A stretch of 64,000 nt of DNA from Marsupella aquatica (taxonomy: Eukaryota; Plantae; Marchantiophyta): assembly GCA_973895155.1 (NCBI GenBank), contig OZ316892.1, positions 3,971,223 through 4,035,222 of the forward strand. Reading direction: 5' to 3'. Below, piece by piece: positions 11,576-25,580 of this stretch. Numbering within the stretch: position 1 is the stretch's first letter; each line of letters begins with the position of its first letter. A program made the translations under genes and the position numbers. The notes beneath the pieces are model-generated. The model was given only the letters and a program-made list of their open reading frames with translations, searched no databases and was not told the origin of the DNA.

Positions 11576-13984
11576 CGGTGGTTTTGCCTTGCACTGGGAA
11601 ACTACACTTCCAGTCAACCTTAGTAATGAATCGAAACTGCTTTCTTGAATCTCAGAGACAATTAACAAGCCACAGGAAGAAATCTGCTCTCGTCTGGCGT
11701 ACAGTGTGTAGTTCAACATTTCAGTCTATGGAAAGTGGTCAAGCGCCGCTCCCATTTCATGCCCATTCTTCGAAAGTGGAGCTGCCTAACAATAAGAGCA
11801 GACAAAGTGGGGAGGACTAATCCTTCTTGTAACTTAGTAAAGGTATCGAAAATGGGTGAGTCAAAGTTCACCTTCTATGTGTCTTTGTTTCAGCCGTGCT
11901 TGTGGCAACCTATTATATCTCACAGATTACTGGTCAACGTTTCGATAATGTCTAGTGTTCTTGTGCTTTCGTCACTCTTCCAAACTTGAGCGAATTCTCC
12001 TTTCAGTCTCTCAATTAAGGGCTCAACGCTGTGCTTCCGAGGCCTGCATGTCGTATGTCAGATGGTCGTGTTGCATCTATGTGGTGAGTTGGTGAGCTTG
12101 CGGTACTCGAGTCACCGACAAAGATAGCGACAAAGACCATTCCTGGATTACGACTTTCCAGAGAACCTGAACTGGATGAAAGGACGTTTTCGCTATCGGG
12201 GCCTACGAAACCTAAAGAATTTGTCTGTCATCCTGTGGTAAAAACAGAGCTGAGGCAGACTAGCGGACAGAAGTGGCAATTTGGAGAGAACAGTTAAGTC
12301 TCAATGATCTTGCGAGATGGGTTTAATTCTATTCTGAACTCCATTGCATTCTCCGAGCGCTCAGTGGCAGCATCCCTAGAGGCGCCTAAAGGATTTTTAG
12401 TGTCACGTCTTCCCAAGCGTTCCCCTTGGCCCTGAAGACCACAAATAAAGAAACTAATGTGGAAAGAAACCTTTGTGATGTCAAAAGAGGAGATGGAGGC
12501 TGAAACCCTTGCTTCGTAGAATTGTGAGAAGAAGTGATACAAATAGAGCAGGGACGATGTCGCGTAGTGATTTCCTTGGTGCCAGAAATGTTGTTCCACA
12601 TATGCAACAGGGTATTAACAAGATCGATAGACTACTCAGATGCTTAAAGCTCTCCGTTTGGAACGTCAGTTTGAGAGACAACGGGGCTGTGATGAGGAAG
12701 ATATTGTGCATGAAACTCTGCTATCAAAGATACGGATAGCGCGGGGAAAGATCACAATGCAACGCAAGGCAAAGGAATGTAAACATAGCTATTGTGGTGA
12801 GAAGTTGCTCCTTACATTCTAGAATTGTCCATGCCTTCTACTGATGGCTTCCTATTTCACAAGTGCATAGGAATGTAAATCAGTGTATCCTATACAGTCT
12901 GCTAACACAGATGTGCAGCTAAGATGCTCATGAAGAACGTGAAATGGGAATGCAAAAACATAACTCTCACACTAGCCCATCTGCACAAATTCTGACTGCC
13001 GAACCATATGTACGACGGCGACAATCCATAGTACTAGCACTTCCCTGAAGATAGCGTATGTCAGTTGGTTAGTGAGCGTAAGAATCCTCGACAGGAACGA
13101 CGGGAGTACTGACAATTGGCAAGATTTGTCGAATTTTAGTAAGGTCGTGTCAATCACGTTTTTCCCGTCTCGAAGAAAAGTACGACAGCAACGTAGTCCT
13201 TTCTTCCAAACTCCAAATTAAGATTTTGTACAACTTATTTTGAATCACGTCTCTTGACTGATGACTTGATTTTGAGTGACTAAAAATTCTTTCATGGAAT
13301 AGAAAATGCTGTTTTTTAATCATCTTATTCAAGGGTCCAAAGTGAGACACTCGACCAAGTAATCCATATGTCGATGACTTGAGAGCGTACGAATGTACTG
13401 GAGTGGGGCCATCACGATCTTCAGTTGTTGGTTTGGAGCGAATGAGAACTCGCAAATGTGCTGGAGTGGGGCCATCAAAATCTATGAATCAAGATTTCGC
13501 TGCTACAGGTATACGGAGTCCCTTGCTCTCAGGTCTGCCTGAGTTGGATGGCACCAGCAGACCCCTGTCAAACGATCGGGGGTCCACAACTTCAGCCACT
13601 CGTGGATCTCAAATGATTTGAATAGTCGGACACGGTACAGTACAGGAATTCTCCTCTCCCGTTTTCATTACGTTAGCTCCGACTTTCTTGCCACATGAAT
13701 TCATGGATACAGAGAGAACTCTCTGTGATACACCACCTCGCTATAAGTATCGCAGTTCTGTTACATCGGTCTTGGACGCAGGTATCCTTTACTCTAGAAG
13801 CAGACGCAGCCGAAGAAATTCGGAGGATTGGAAGATTTAGTGTTCTCTCGTCTGAAAGCTCTGATGAGAGCTTGGATTTGAGTTCTCCTCATTTCCTTGC
13901 TGAATAGGTTCCGTGTGGGGGAGCTGATATTAGGGTTCTAACTCTTGGAATGTACGAGAGTAAGATTGTTCGGTGAGAGCATCG

Positions 13985-16280
13985 ATGCCGACAGCGATGG
14001 CGAAGCAATTCGCTACAATGCCAGTACTGGACATGAACGGAATTATAGGAGATCAGCAAGAGAAAGGCGCAGCGGGCAGTCGACGGGATTTGGTAGCGGC
14101 ACAGCTGAAAGACGCTCTGCAGAAATATGGAGCTTGCTATTTGGTCAATCACAGCATACCTCTTCCGATTCTCAAGCGTTTCCAACAGGACTGCATTGGA
14201 TACTTCAACCAGCCCGTAGAGGAGAAGTGGAAACACCACCCCGACATATTGCCTCAGGGTAAGCACGGCGAGGTCGGTGTGCTGCGAGAAGGGTTCCACT
14301 CATTCGATAAAGCGGTTGTGGACGGGGGCGAAGAGTACATGCGCGCGCGAGAGTCATTACTGTTCTACGCTTGGCCCGCTGCCATCCGCACCGAGGAGCT
14401 TTGGCCGGAATCGATCAAGTATACCTCTTCCACATAATACTTTGTATATATCAACTCCATACACCCCTGTATCACAGTAGAAATCCTCTATGTAGGAACT
14501 GCATGAATGCTCCAAATTCTTCCAGACGGTGATTGAAATTACGAATCACAGATGATTGCGCGTCATATAGAAATGATACTTTACTGGAAAGTTTTTATCT
14601 CCTTATTGTTGCAGCTAGGTTGCTGGTTTGAAGTCACGTTGTTGGCTGGCTAGCGGTAGAAGTTGGCGGCTGCCATTATTGTCACTCGATCTCTTATGGA
14701 CGAATCAGTGAGCATTCATGCATCAAATCCACTCAGCTAACTGTTACAATCTACATCCGCTGGATGATTATTTCCTACTTTTCTCATAAAATTGAGTGAA
14801 TGACCAGTTTCCATTGAAACGGCACAGATTGCGCTTCAGCCGATTTGGTTCTATGTCTGCAGGAAAGATCTGTCAATCTTGAGCACTACACTCCATGAGT
14901 TGTCGGCGCTAATGCTGGTGTTGCTCGCCGAAAGCCTAGGCATTCCTCCCACCTCGTTCGGGGAGGCTATCAACAACGCTGATATACAACTCGTTACCGC
15001 CCAATACTACCCTCCCCTCCCACAGCAAGCTATTCTTGGGGAGAAATTTGGGTTAGGAGCACACGTGGACACATCGCTTCTCAACATTGTCCTGTGCGGT
15101 GAGGTTCCAGGTTTGCAAGTGGTGGAGAATGGCAAATGGATGGACGTGCCGGTCATGGAGGGAGCTTTGGTCGTCCAGGCGGGTGTGTTGTTGCAGGTAA
15201 GGAATTGGAGTCAATTTCCATATCTTTCTCGGCATTTGACAATGCAACCAATGTCTGGTGTGATGTTCGATGAATATGTGTTCGCACAGAGAATTGACAC
15301 AACTGAATTTCTTATTTGCCCTTCGTCCAGAATCTTACAATTCCTACCGCACCTTCCATTCATGATCCTTGATTCAAAGTTCGTCAAATTCATTTTCAGC
15401 TCTAGGCTCTACTGGACTACAACAGGTTAATTAGATTAGAAGTCAGTGACGAGCTTTGAGGGTTATTTACCTATCCAGAGTGATATATCAGTCTGTCTCA
15501 TTAATTGGGTCCAAAGACGGCCGGCTGGAAGCTTCCATCACGAGCCTTTACATTGTTGATAATTTACTGTCAAAATGGGCAGCAAGCTAGCTTCCATTAC
15601 GACTTCTAGCTCAAGACATTCTTACTCATGTTCGACTTTAATGTCATAGTCAACAGCCCAAAGAAAACTACCGTTAGTAGCTACTCTGCATCTGTGAGCT
15701 GCTTCAACTGCAATCATCGAACGATGGAGGTTTACTCTGTCTAAGTTTATGTCGTGAAAATCTCCACAGGTTGGGATGGGGTGAGGTGCTTGGATTGCAT
15801 CTTCACTCAAGAATGAATGTAGCTTCCATTCTACCTTCGTCGCCCTTCAATCCAAAACTCCAGTGATCCACACATCAACAAGGATACTGGCTACAGTCTA
15901 ATCTAAATGCTTTGTGAGCTTCACAGTGCAATGAATTCGAGGTCCATGTTGGTCAATAGTAACCTGTACATATCTGAGCCGGGCTTTGCCCTTGAACTGA
16001 TGAAATCTTGGGCTGACGCAATGGAATGCAGGTGTTGAGCAACGAGACAATCAAGGCTAAGCTTCACCGGGTGAAAACTACATCAGTCCAACGTTGCAGT
16101 CTGGTCTCTGCAACTCGGTTGCCATCAACAACGGTTGTTGAGCCCCTCCACCATCTCGTTGGAAATGAATCCCCAGCTCTCTTCACCCCATTTCGTGTAG
16201 GCGATTATTTCAAGCAAATGTGTGCAGGAGCTACACACGCGAAAGATACTCTGGAGGCTTTTAGAGTACCACAGAATTGA
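13985..16280 (+). CDS. 2-oxoglutarate/Fe(II)-dependent dioxygenase (DOXC class), 3 exons
   Basis: Exons 13985-14418, 14863-15196, 16032-16280. DIOX_N-like MPVLD...YGACYLVNHSIP, HxD (AHVDTS), GLQV..NGKW, distal His (LHRV), RxS (QRCS). Confidence 0.9.
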
Positions 16281-16599
16281 GTGACAGATACCAACATTTC
16301 TCGACTAAACTCGCTTTACCCACTGCAAAAGCAAAACATGAAATGGCAAATGAAAACCAGGCCTGCCATGGAACCTGGCTTCTGCAGTAGGGAGTGGGAG
16401 TGTCAGCCAGGGCAAAGAACTCATGAGAGCATCCTATGCAGTTAACCTCATAGCTTTACCAAACTCCTGGGACCTTCCTATGCAAGTTTACCTAGGAGCT
16501 ACCAGGCTTTTCAGAGCATCATAGGTAGTCTGTTTGGCCTTCCGTGTTTGGGGTTTCACCTGGTGACCTTCCCTTCATTGGGTCTCCTTGCCTCTGGGA

Positions 16600-17250
16600 T
16601 TGGGTCTCCCGGATGGGTGCCTTTGTTTTTGGCAGTGTGATGTATATAATACTCACCACTAGGTACTTGCTCCTTTGTTTTCGGCAGTGTGATGTATATA
16701 ATACTCAGATGTATATAATACTCACCACTAGGTACTTGCTTCCCCTTCATTGGGTCTGGTGCCTTAGGGATCATGTCTCCCTATGGGGCACCTTTACCTT
16801 TTGTTTCTTTGGGCAGTATCGTATAGGTACTTGCTTCCCCTTTATTGGGACTCTTGTCTTTGGGATTGTGTCTCCCAGTGGGGCACCTCTTGGTTCTTTT
16901 GGCAGCCTGATATATATGTACGATATAGGTACTTGCTTCCCCTTTGTTGGGACTCTTGCCTCTTGGTTCTTTTGGCACTCTGGTATATATGGATATATAT
17001 GGATGGTATAGGTACTTGCTTCCCCTTTATTGGGACTCTTGCCTCTTGGTTCTTTTGGCACTGTTATATATATGGATGGTATAGGTACTTGCTTCCCCTT
17101 TATTGGGACTCTTGCCTCTTGGTTCTTTTGGCACTGTTATATATATGGATGGTATAGGTACTTGCTTCCCCTTTATTGGGACTCTTGTCTTTGGGATTGT
17201 GTCTCCCAGTGGGGCACCTCTTGGTTCTTTTGGCACTGTGATATATATGT
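16600..17250. repeat. Minisatellite, ~70-100-bp units built on ataggtacttgcttcccctttattgggactcttg...ggttcttttggca
   Basis: The core recurs at ~16820, 16925, 17008, 17081 and 17154, with degenerate copies upstream. This explains the cluster of spurious ORFs here. Confidence 0.9.
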
Positions 17251-17427
17251 GGTACCACAATCTTTTGACTTACCTCTCTTGGGTATTTTAATGTATTTTA
17301 ATATTATACCCGGCAAGGCCTGGTGAAGAAAGAACACGTTGGCCGTTACTTTTTATCACCGCCAACAGTAATGACTCATCTTTAATGCAAAGTGTGTAGT
17401 TATCAAGACAAAGATCTCAAGAAGGAC

Positions 17428-17619
17428 TCATGTATCTTAACTATCTGTAGTTTGGCAGGTTTCAAAGACAGACAGAACCTATGCCTTGACTTCCTGGATG
17501 AACCCCTGAAATCTAAATGTCAGTCATGTATCTTAACTATCTGTAGTTTGGCAGGTTTCAAAGACAGACCGAACCTATGCCTTGACGTCCTGGATGAACC
17601 CCTGAAATTGAAATGTCAG
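17428..17619. repeat. 96-bp tandem duplication
   Basis: tcatgtatcttaactatctgtagtttggcaggtttcaaagacagac...aaatgtcag occurs twice, nearly identical. Confidence 0.9.
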
Positions 17620-17636
17620 TTCGATTCACCGGTATC

Positions 17637-17678
17637 GATTATTAGGTTGCTTTAAAGTTGTAAAGCAACCTAATAATC
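17637..17678. repeat. Perfect 18-bp inverted repeat with a 6-nt loop
   Basis: gattattaggttgcttta - aagttg - taaagcaacctaataatc. Confidence 0.9.
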
Positions 17679-17790
17679 ATGCATGATTCACCAGCAATAA
17701 TTATCCGGTTGCGGAAATTTGTAAGTGGGGTTTAAATGGAGGATCACTATAAATTTTAAGAAAGGCTTGGTCTTGTCAGCATATTGCTTA

Positions 17791-18062
17791 GGGTTCACAT
17801 CATTTGTTCCACAAGCCCACAACCCATGCATTGCACAGAAAACATTGCAGGGCAACTCCAACGGTCAGGAAAAATATCTCACTAAGTGCACCCTCTCCAC
17901 TTTGGTTGCCCTCCAACGGTCAGGAAAAATATCTCACTAAGTGCACCCTCTCCACTTTGGTTAAACATTGCAGGGCAACTCCAACAGTCAGGAAAAATAT
18001 CTCACTAAGTGCACCCTCTCCACTTTGGTTTTAGCTATATTCTGATACCCCGAACATTTCTA
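17791..18062. repeat. Dispersed repeat (copy 1) with internal triplication
   Basis: ctccaac.gtcaggaaaaatatctcactaagtgcaccctctccactttggtt occurs three times. The whole unit is homologous to 25613-25804. Confidence 0.8.
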
Positions 18063-18084
18063 AATTAATTTGTGGACCCCCATA

Positions 18085-18407
18085 TGTGGGGAGAAATCAG
18101 GTCAGGAAAAACACTCCAAACATACATGTGTTCAATAGTTACATGGTTCGCCTCAAGGTTGGCTACATCCACGGGAAGACCAAGCTTTATTAATGGTTAT
18201 GTGTTTACTCATGCATCACCATAGCTCTCATCTCTTCAAGCTCTCATCTCTTGTTGTATCACTGTGTTCTCTCTTGAGAACTCTCTTGTGTGTTCTCACA
18301 CCACATAGAAGTTGAAGAGATAAGGACCAACTCTTCAACTAGGGTTTACTCTAACCCTAGTTAACATACTAACCATAGTTCAACCCAAGACTGAGTTAAC
18401 CTCTACA
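18085..18407 (-). repeat. 3' LTR of the copia element
   Basis: tgtggggagaaatc...ttaacctctaca, with the polypurine tract (aactcccccttga on plus) adjacent. Confidence 0.95.
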
Positions 18408-18601
18408 AACTCCCCCTTGACTCACGTCTTGGGAGGGTTCATAACATTGTCTTTTCCTTACAAGTTCCTCCGCGGGAAGTTCAAGACAGTAGGGCCAAAA
18501 GACCCTCCCCCTAATGCAAGGGTTAACTAGAACTAAGTCGTAGCCGATATGCCATCGGATGGAGTACTCATATAGAGACATTTTCTTGGTTAACTCTATA
18601 T

Positions 18602-21600
18602 TTACAATATTTGTAAATAATTACAATGCCTTGAAAAACTATTGGAGTCTAATACTTTGGTAAAAGCATCCGTTGGATTAAGCTTTCCATCAATCTTGAC
18701 AAGCTCAAATTCATCATCCGATAATGCCTGTTGGATGAAATGATAGCAGACATCAATGTGCTTTACCCTGCCATCCATCACCTGATTCTTGGCAATGTAA
18801 ATTGTACTTTGACTGTCACAATGAAGATATACACACTCCTGTGATAAACCCATCTCCGTGACAAGCTTTTTCAACCAAATGGTCTCTGATGCTGCTTCTG
18901 CTGCTGCTACATACTCGGCATCCATAGTAGACTTTGCAACACACTTTTGGAGAGTAGACTTCCAACTAATGCATCCACCAGTAAGTGTAAATACATATCC
19001 AGTTGTCGATCTCCTCTTATCCAGATCACCTGCGTAGTCTGCATCCACATAACCTTGAAGCACTTTCATATTGTTTGAATTTGCATCAAACAATAAACCC
19101 TTCTTAGTGGAACCTCTGATGTAGCGCAAAATCCATTTCACTGCTTTTTAATGAACTTTTCCTGGATTTGCCATGTATCTGCTTACCTTGCTAACGGCAT
19201 AAGCTATGTCTGGTCGGGTGCATACCATGAGATACATTAAACTACCCACAACACTTTCTTAAGGAACTTTGGACATCAAACTTTTTTCTGTCGCATCCGA
19301 TGGACATAATGCTGCAAAAATATTGAAATGCCTTGCCAAAGGAACACTCACAGCCTTAGCATCTGCCATGTTGAATTTTAAGAGTACCTTCTCTGCATAT
19401 CTTTTTTGCATCAGCCAAAGTTTGGCTTTGTTAACATCCCTGAAAATCTCCATGCCTAGGATCCTCTTGGCTGTGCCCAAATTCTTCATCTTAAACTCAG
19501 AACTGAGTTGGGCCTTAAGCTTATCAACTTCGCCCCTATCCTGTGCTGCAATGAGCATGTCATCCACATAAAGTACAAGGATGACAAGCTTAAAACCTGT
19601 GTTGTTCACACGCCTTATGTAAACACATGGATCGTACACGCTTCGCACAAATCCAAGCGATTTCAAAAATTCATCAAAACGCTTGTTCCACTGCCTTGGG
19701 CTCTACTTTAATCCATACAAGGATTTTAGCAACCTGCATACCAAATTTTCCTTGCCCTTTTGCACAAAACCCTCTAGTTGCCTCATGTAAATCACCTCAT
19801 CCAACGATCCATATAAGAATGTCGTGACAACATCCATTTGATCTAAAACCAGATCAAATAAAATTACAAGAGCACATAGCAAACGTATTGTTGAATACTT
19901 TGCTACAGGTGAAAAAATCTCATTGTAGTCTATACCTTTTTGTTGAGTAAAACCCTTGGCTACCAACCAAGCCTTAAATATCTTCTCAGCATCCTCCGTG
20001 GGTCCATCTTTCTTCCTATACACCCACTTGCTGTCAACAGTCTGCTTGTCACTAGGTATACTTGTGAGTTCCCAAGTCTTGTTATCATGAAGTGATTTCA
20101 TTTCCATGCGCATCGCCGTCTGCCACTGTTGCTTCTCCATAGAAGCTAGGACCTCTCGAAATGAGGATGGATCTCCATCTTCTGTCACCAATGCATCAAT
20201 AGATTCTTCATCCAAATCCACTTGATCAGAAGGAAGCCAAGTTCCATACCTTTCCCGGGCTTGACGTTTGCAAGTTCCTCTTCGCACTGAAGACTCTGGC
20301 TGATCTGATTGTAGTGTGCTTTGCCTTACAGTGGTGTCAACATATTCTTTATTTGACACATCCTTTTCCCTTATATCCTCTAGAGGAGAAGATTGCTCTT
20401 TGTTAGTAGTAGGGAATTGATCTATCTCCCCCTTCTTCAATGATTTTTCTTCATTGAAGGATACATCCCGACTAACAAGTAACTTGCAATCAATTGGATC
20501 CCATAACCGATAACCTTTAACTTCACGCTGATAACCAAGAAAAAAGCATTTATGGGCTCTAGGATCTAGCTTAGTCCTATTGTTGCTAGGAACATGTGCA
20601 TATGCTTCACATCCAAAAACCCTAAGCTTTGAATAATCAGCAGGTTGATTGTGCCATAGCTCAAAGGGGGTTTTGTAAGTAATTGCCCGACTAGGAGAGA
20701 GATTTACTAGATAAGCAGCTATGTTGACAGCTTCTGCCCAAAAGATTTGTGGCAATTTAGAGTGGCTCAACATGCTCCTTGCTCGCTCCAACAATGTGCG
20801 GTTGAGTCGCTCAACAACATCATTTTTCTCAGGAGTGCACACAGTTGTGAGATGGTGAGTAATTCCCTTATTTGCACAATATGTGTTGAACTCGCCAGAG
20901 GTGTATTCACCACCATTATCTGATCGTAGATATCTCACATTCTTTGTGTCTCAACTTGAGCTACCCATGATTGTTTGAAGATGGAAAGCACTTCAAACTT
21001 ATGGGCAATGAAATAAATCCAAACAAACCTTGAGTAATCATCGATAAACGATACATAGTATTGTTTGCCTGAATGTGAGGAAACCGGAGCAGGACCCCAC
21101 ACATCGGAATGAATATACTCAAGTACAACTTTAGAATGATGAATGGCAATCGGAAATGGAGTTCTTGTTTTCTTGCCGACAATGCAATGATCACAAAAAC
21201 TCAACTTGCATGCTTGCAATCCTGGTAGGAGATGTCCATTGTGTAGGATTTCCAAACTTTTTTCACTCATGTGACCAAGCCGAGCATGCCATAAATTATT
21301 TTCTTCTCCTGAGATGTGACCAAATTGACTTCGGCAAGAATGGTGGTGCCTTCCAACACATAGATGTTTCTTTTCCTCTTGCCAATAAGAACTTCAGTTG
21401 ATCCATGCGTGACTGTTAACACCCCATTAGTTGCACTCCATTGATAACCCTTCGCATCCAAGTAGCCAAGAGAAATCAAATTCTTACACATTTCTGGAAT
21501 GTGTCTAACATTTGATAGAGTACAATACTTGCCACCGGGTAGTTGAATCCTTACGGATCCAATCCCTAAAACTTTGCAAGAATGATTATTTCCCATCAAA

Positions 21601-22631
21601 ACAGATTCATTGATAGGAGTGTAGGATGAGAAAAGTTCACGCATATAGCACATGTGATACGAGCAAGCGGAATCCAAGATCCATTGACAATCCTCAACTT
21701 GGGAAGTGGTACACAATGCAAATCCTTCACTATCCTCTTCTCGAATAACTACTTGGGCTGAAGAACCGAAAACTTCCTTGAATGTATCTTTGACGCAACA
21801 ATCCTTCTTCATCTGGCCCACTTTGTCACACTTCCAACACTTTATCTCTCGAGTAGACTTGGATGGTGATTTGGATCGAGATCTAGATCTAGATCTAAAC
21901 CTGCTCCTACCAAATGATCGCTCTTGGAACCTTCCTCGCTCCATGGGTAGAGGGTTAAACCTTTTATTTTCATGAAATGGCTCCCTTCTCTTGCCTATTT
22001 CTACCAACAGTGTTGTTGATGATGACGTTGAGGTAGGATGAGTTGAAGAAACCAGCTTAGACTGCATATCATTGGTCAACAGGGCACTCACCACATCATT
22101 GTAGGATATAGTGGTCTTATCATAAAATAGAAGAACTCGAGACAAAGTTTGGTACGATGGTGGTAGTGAACTCAAGAGTTGTAAGGCTTTCTTTTCTTCG
22201 CTCAAATGTTCCCCCAAATTCTCTAGGTCAACCACAAGATCATTGAATTGATCGATATGATCTTGAATCTTGACTCCATCTGCCATTTTGAATTGCATGA
22301 GCTTCAGGCTTGCATACATTCGGTTTGGCATCTCCTTCTTGTAGTACTTGTTGCGCAATGCTTGAAACAAGTCCATCACCGTTTGTGTTGTTTTTTCCTC
22401 GAACTGCTTCTTCACATTGTTTTTCAGGTACATGCCAACAATACTTACCGCTTGATCCTAGAGATTATGCCAATCATCATCTTTCATCTCCTTGGGTTGA
22501 GATCTTAGTACCTTGCCTAGGCCCATCGCCCTAAGTGCATCCCTCACGTTACGTTCCCACATTGCATAGTCCATCAGACCATCAAATTTTTCCACCTCAA
22601 ACCTTTGACCTCCAATCCTAGTAGTCGCCAT
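18602..22631 (-). pseudogene. Copia gag-pol polyprotein, disrupted
   Basis: Start MATTRIGGQRFEVEKFDG at 22631. Motifs: zinc knuckle CWKCDKVGQMKKDC, protease WILDSACSYHM, integrase HSDVWGP and LRSDNGGEY, RT LYVDDML, RNaseH GYVDADYAGD. In-frame stops at ~22458, 19703, 19259 and ~19148; frameshifts near 21290 and 20950. Confidence 0.93.
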
Positions 22632-23800
22632 CGTTGGAATGCCAAATATAGTGTGGAGTCGTCTTCCGACAAGAATTAAACGTCGAATGCTCAGATGTGG
22701 GGTGTGAAAATAAGGCCAAAAATGAAAGTTGGTGAATTTTGAAACTGATCACTCCTATGTGTAGCCCACAAGATAACGCTCCAAATTCTGAAAACGGTTT
22801 GTCAAATGGACTCTCGAGTGCCAAGAATATTTACTCCGATCGGAGGGGGGTAAAAGATGAAATAATTACCCCTCGAGGGAATCTCTTATGCCAAAGATTC
22901 CACTAGTATACTTTTTCAAAATTGAACGCACCAATACTTGCCTAGCTTCCCCAAGTATGCCTCTCCAAAAGTTGAAGTTGATCCATTTTATTTGTCGCTC
23001 AAAATCTTTGACCTTCGGTAAAAATTTAAGCCTCTGGAAAAGAATCTTTTTGGGAAATTCTGTCCGCCCTTGTACAGCCCCTGTGGGGGACTTCACAGGG
23101 GGCACTTCTCCCTGCCCGAGCCCTGTCGAGCCCTAAAAGGCCTCCTTGAAGTTTTCGACCTCCTCGCGCGTCCGCGGAAGTCGCGACTACTCGCGGCAGA
23201 AAGTACCCCTTGACGGATTCACTCAAATTCCCGTCTCAATTTTTGACGAAATCCAATTCTGATTTCAGATTCAGAAACTAGACTTCGAAGGCATTAAGAT
23301 TGATATAAAGAACTCGCAAAACGGTGGAGTAATGAGGGAGAAACAATTCTGTGAAAGTGACTGATATTAAGTTATCCGCCATAGCCAAAATTTTGAGCTC
23401 AAAAAACGAGAATTGAAATTAAGATTGCTTCTCAACCGTTTGATGAAATTCAACGATGTTGATATCGAAACGTCTAGAAAGACAAGGCGCTCAAGCGCAT
23501 CTCAGTTTCAAGTCCCGATAGAACAATCAAAAAGACTGATCTGAGAAATTGACCTTATCTCTTGCTCGATAACGTAAATTGAAAACCGTCACTTACAATT
23601 GTTTCCGTTTCTGACCTCAGGCCTTCATTGCTTCACTGAAATGAGCCCCTGGTTGTGTGCTCCACACTTGTGAGAAGATTGAGTCCGATCTTCTTTCAAT
23701 AGCTCCGCTTCGAAGAGGAAATCATCCGCTGTTCGCTTTGCTTGAAGCAAGTTCTATGGAGTTCCTAATCGACTGAAAAAACCTGAGCTCTGATACCAAT

Positions 23801-24123
23801 TGTGGGGAGAAATCAGATCAGGAAAAACACTCCAAACATACATGTGTTCAATAGTTACATGGTTCGCCTCAAGGTTGGCTACGTCCACGGGAAGACCAAG
23901 CTTTATTAATGGTTATGTGTCTACTCATGCATCACCATAGCTCTCATCTCTTCAAGCTCTCATCTCTTGTTGTATCACTGTGTTCTCTCTTGAGAACTCT
24001 CTTGTGTGTTCTCACACCACATAGAAGTTGAAGAGATAAGGACCAACTCTTCAACTAGGGTTTACTCTAACCCTAGTTAACATACTAACCATAGTTCAAC
24101 CCAAGACTGAGTTAACCTCTACA
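23801..24123 (-). repeat. 5' LTR of the copia element
   Basis: Same 323 bp as the 3' LTR; PBS lies 2 nt inside. Confidence 0.95.
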
Positions 24124-24734
24124 CCATGTTCATCCCAGGAATGTGTGTGTGATGAAGTGCAATCATTTTAAGCAAGCGGGTAACCAATCATTTTGAGTCT
24201 CCTGGTGGTCTTGGTGTGTGTTCGTACAAAAGACAATACTCGAAAGGTACAGGAGATTGATCTGGTTGAGATTACATCTCTGGTTTATCAAATGGAAGGT
24301 TAAATGTGGAGGAATTGAGTTTTTTTACAGTTTTCATTTACACATTGAAAATATCGTGTTTCTACCATTCATGATTGATGGTTTGTGAGTTACATTGAGC
24401 ATTACCGCCACACGACAGACTGGACGACAACACTCAATTGATTCGGTGGGAAGAACGCACAAAATGGACGAGCCATCACTTCACATGAAGGTTTTGTAGT
24501 TTTTTTATTCAAGAAAGTTATGGTGGGAGGGGGAGACTAGCAATTGTTTCTTCAACATAAAGGCTGCATTTGGCGTCAACCTATGTTTAGAGTGAGCTTC
24601 AGTTGAAGACTGGAGGGACACAAACAAGTTGGGAAGCAGGCATTGCGGACAAGCAATGGCAATGTAATCAACTAAATTAATTTGCAACGACTAAGTTTGT
24701 GACGGTGATGAGATTGTGACATTTCTTAATCGAG

Positions 24735-25225
24735 AAAAAGTTTCCAATGAGCCTCAGATTGACAAATTTTGTCAAGTTCCAAATGAGTTTTTGAATTTCT
24801 CTACCTTTCTAATGAATGTGACAATACAAAATTTTGATCATGAGTTCATGAATTCTTTTAGTTTTCCAACATTGAGTCTGACATTGACAAATTTTGTGTT
24901 AGTTTTTGTCACAATATTAAAGAGATCATGAAGTTTTCAATCTCTCTAGCTTTCTAATGTGTGACATTGGGAGTATTCCTCAAGAATTAGAGAGATCATG
25001 AATATCTGAATTTCTCTAGCTTTCCAATGAACCTAACATTGATAGATTTTGGCAAGTACTAAGGAGATTATGAGTTTCTAATTTTACTGTAGCTTTCCAA
25101 TGAGTGTGAAATTGAGAGATTTTATCAAGAGAGTACTAAAGAGGTAATATTAAGTTTCTTGATTTTGAGCTTCCCAATGAATCAAACATTTGATAGATTT
25201 CATCAAGTACTAAGGAGATTGATTA
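24735..25225. repeat. Degenerate ~60-75-bp tandem repeat
   Basis: tttc(c/t)aatga...acattga.a.attt...caagtactaa.gagat recurs about 7 times. Confidence 0.65.
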
Positions 25226-25580
25226 TTTAGTTTTATAATGTGGAGCCAAAGGGGTTCTAACTATGTACATTTCTATTGATTGGTTATTTTTCAAACTTGC
25301 AAACAATTAAAAAATACAAGCATTTTGATGTAAAACATTGATATATCATTGACAAATATCAGAATGGTAGCTCTATTTTACTAAATAACATCTCTTCCTT
25401 TGCATGCTTAATACTTTCGACATGGCGCCCCAAAATTTACGTTGTTTTTGTCACAAACATGAATGTACGCTTTGTTACTGTCAAAAATATGATCTGTCCT
25501 GTTTGTGGCTGGTTGTGCTGATGTGGTGCAACTTCGTCGCAGGGAATTTGCAAGGGACCTCTCATAGGGGTCCGTAACTA

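Larger units (their letters stand above)
18085..24123 (-). mobile_element. Full-length Ty1/copia LTR retrotransposon (defective)
   Basis: 323-bp LTRs at 18085-18407 and 23801-24123 (TG...CA, 3 transitions apart by eye). tRNA-iMet PBS TGGTATCAGAGC at 23798-23787; PPT next to 18408; near-TSD CCATA/CCATG; domain order gag-PR-IN-RT-RH. Confidence 0.97.

Noticed and set aside
12294-12822. Overlapping short ORFs
   Set aside because: I could not build a consistent splice model or find a motif.
16544-17326. Cluster of overlapping ORFs on both strands
   Set aside because: They are products of the minisatellite.
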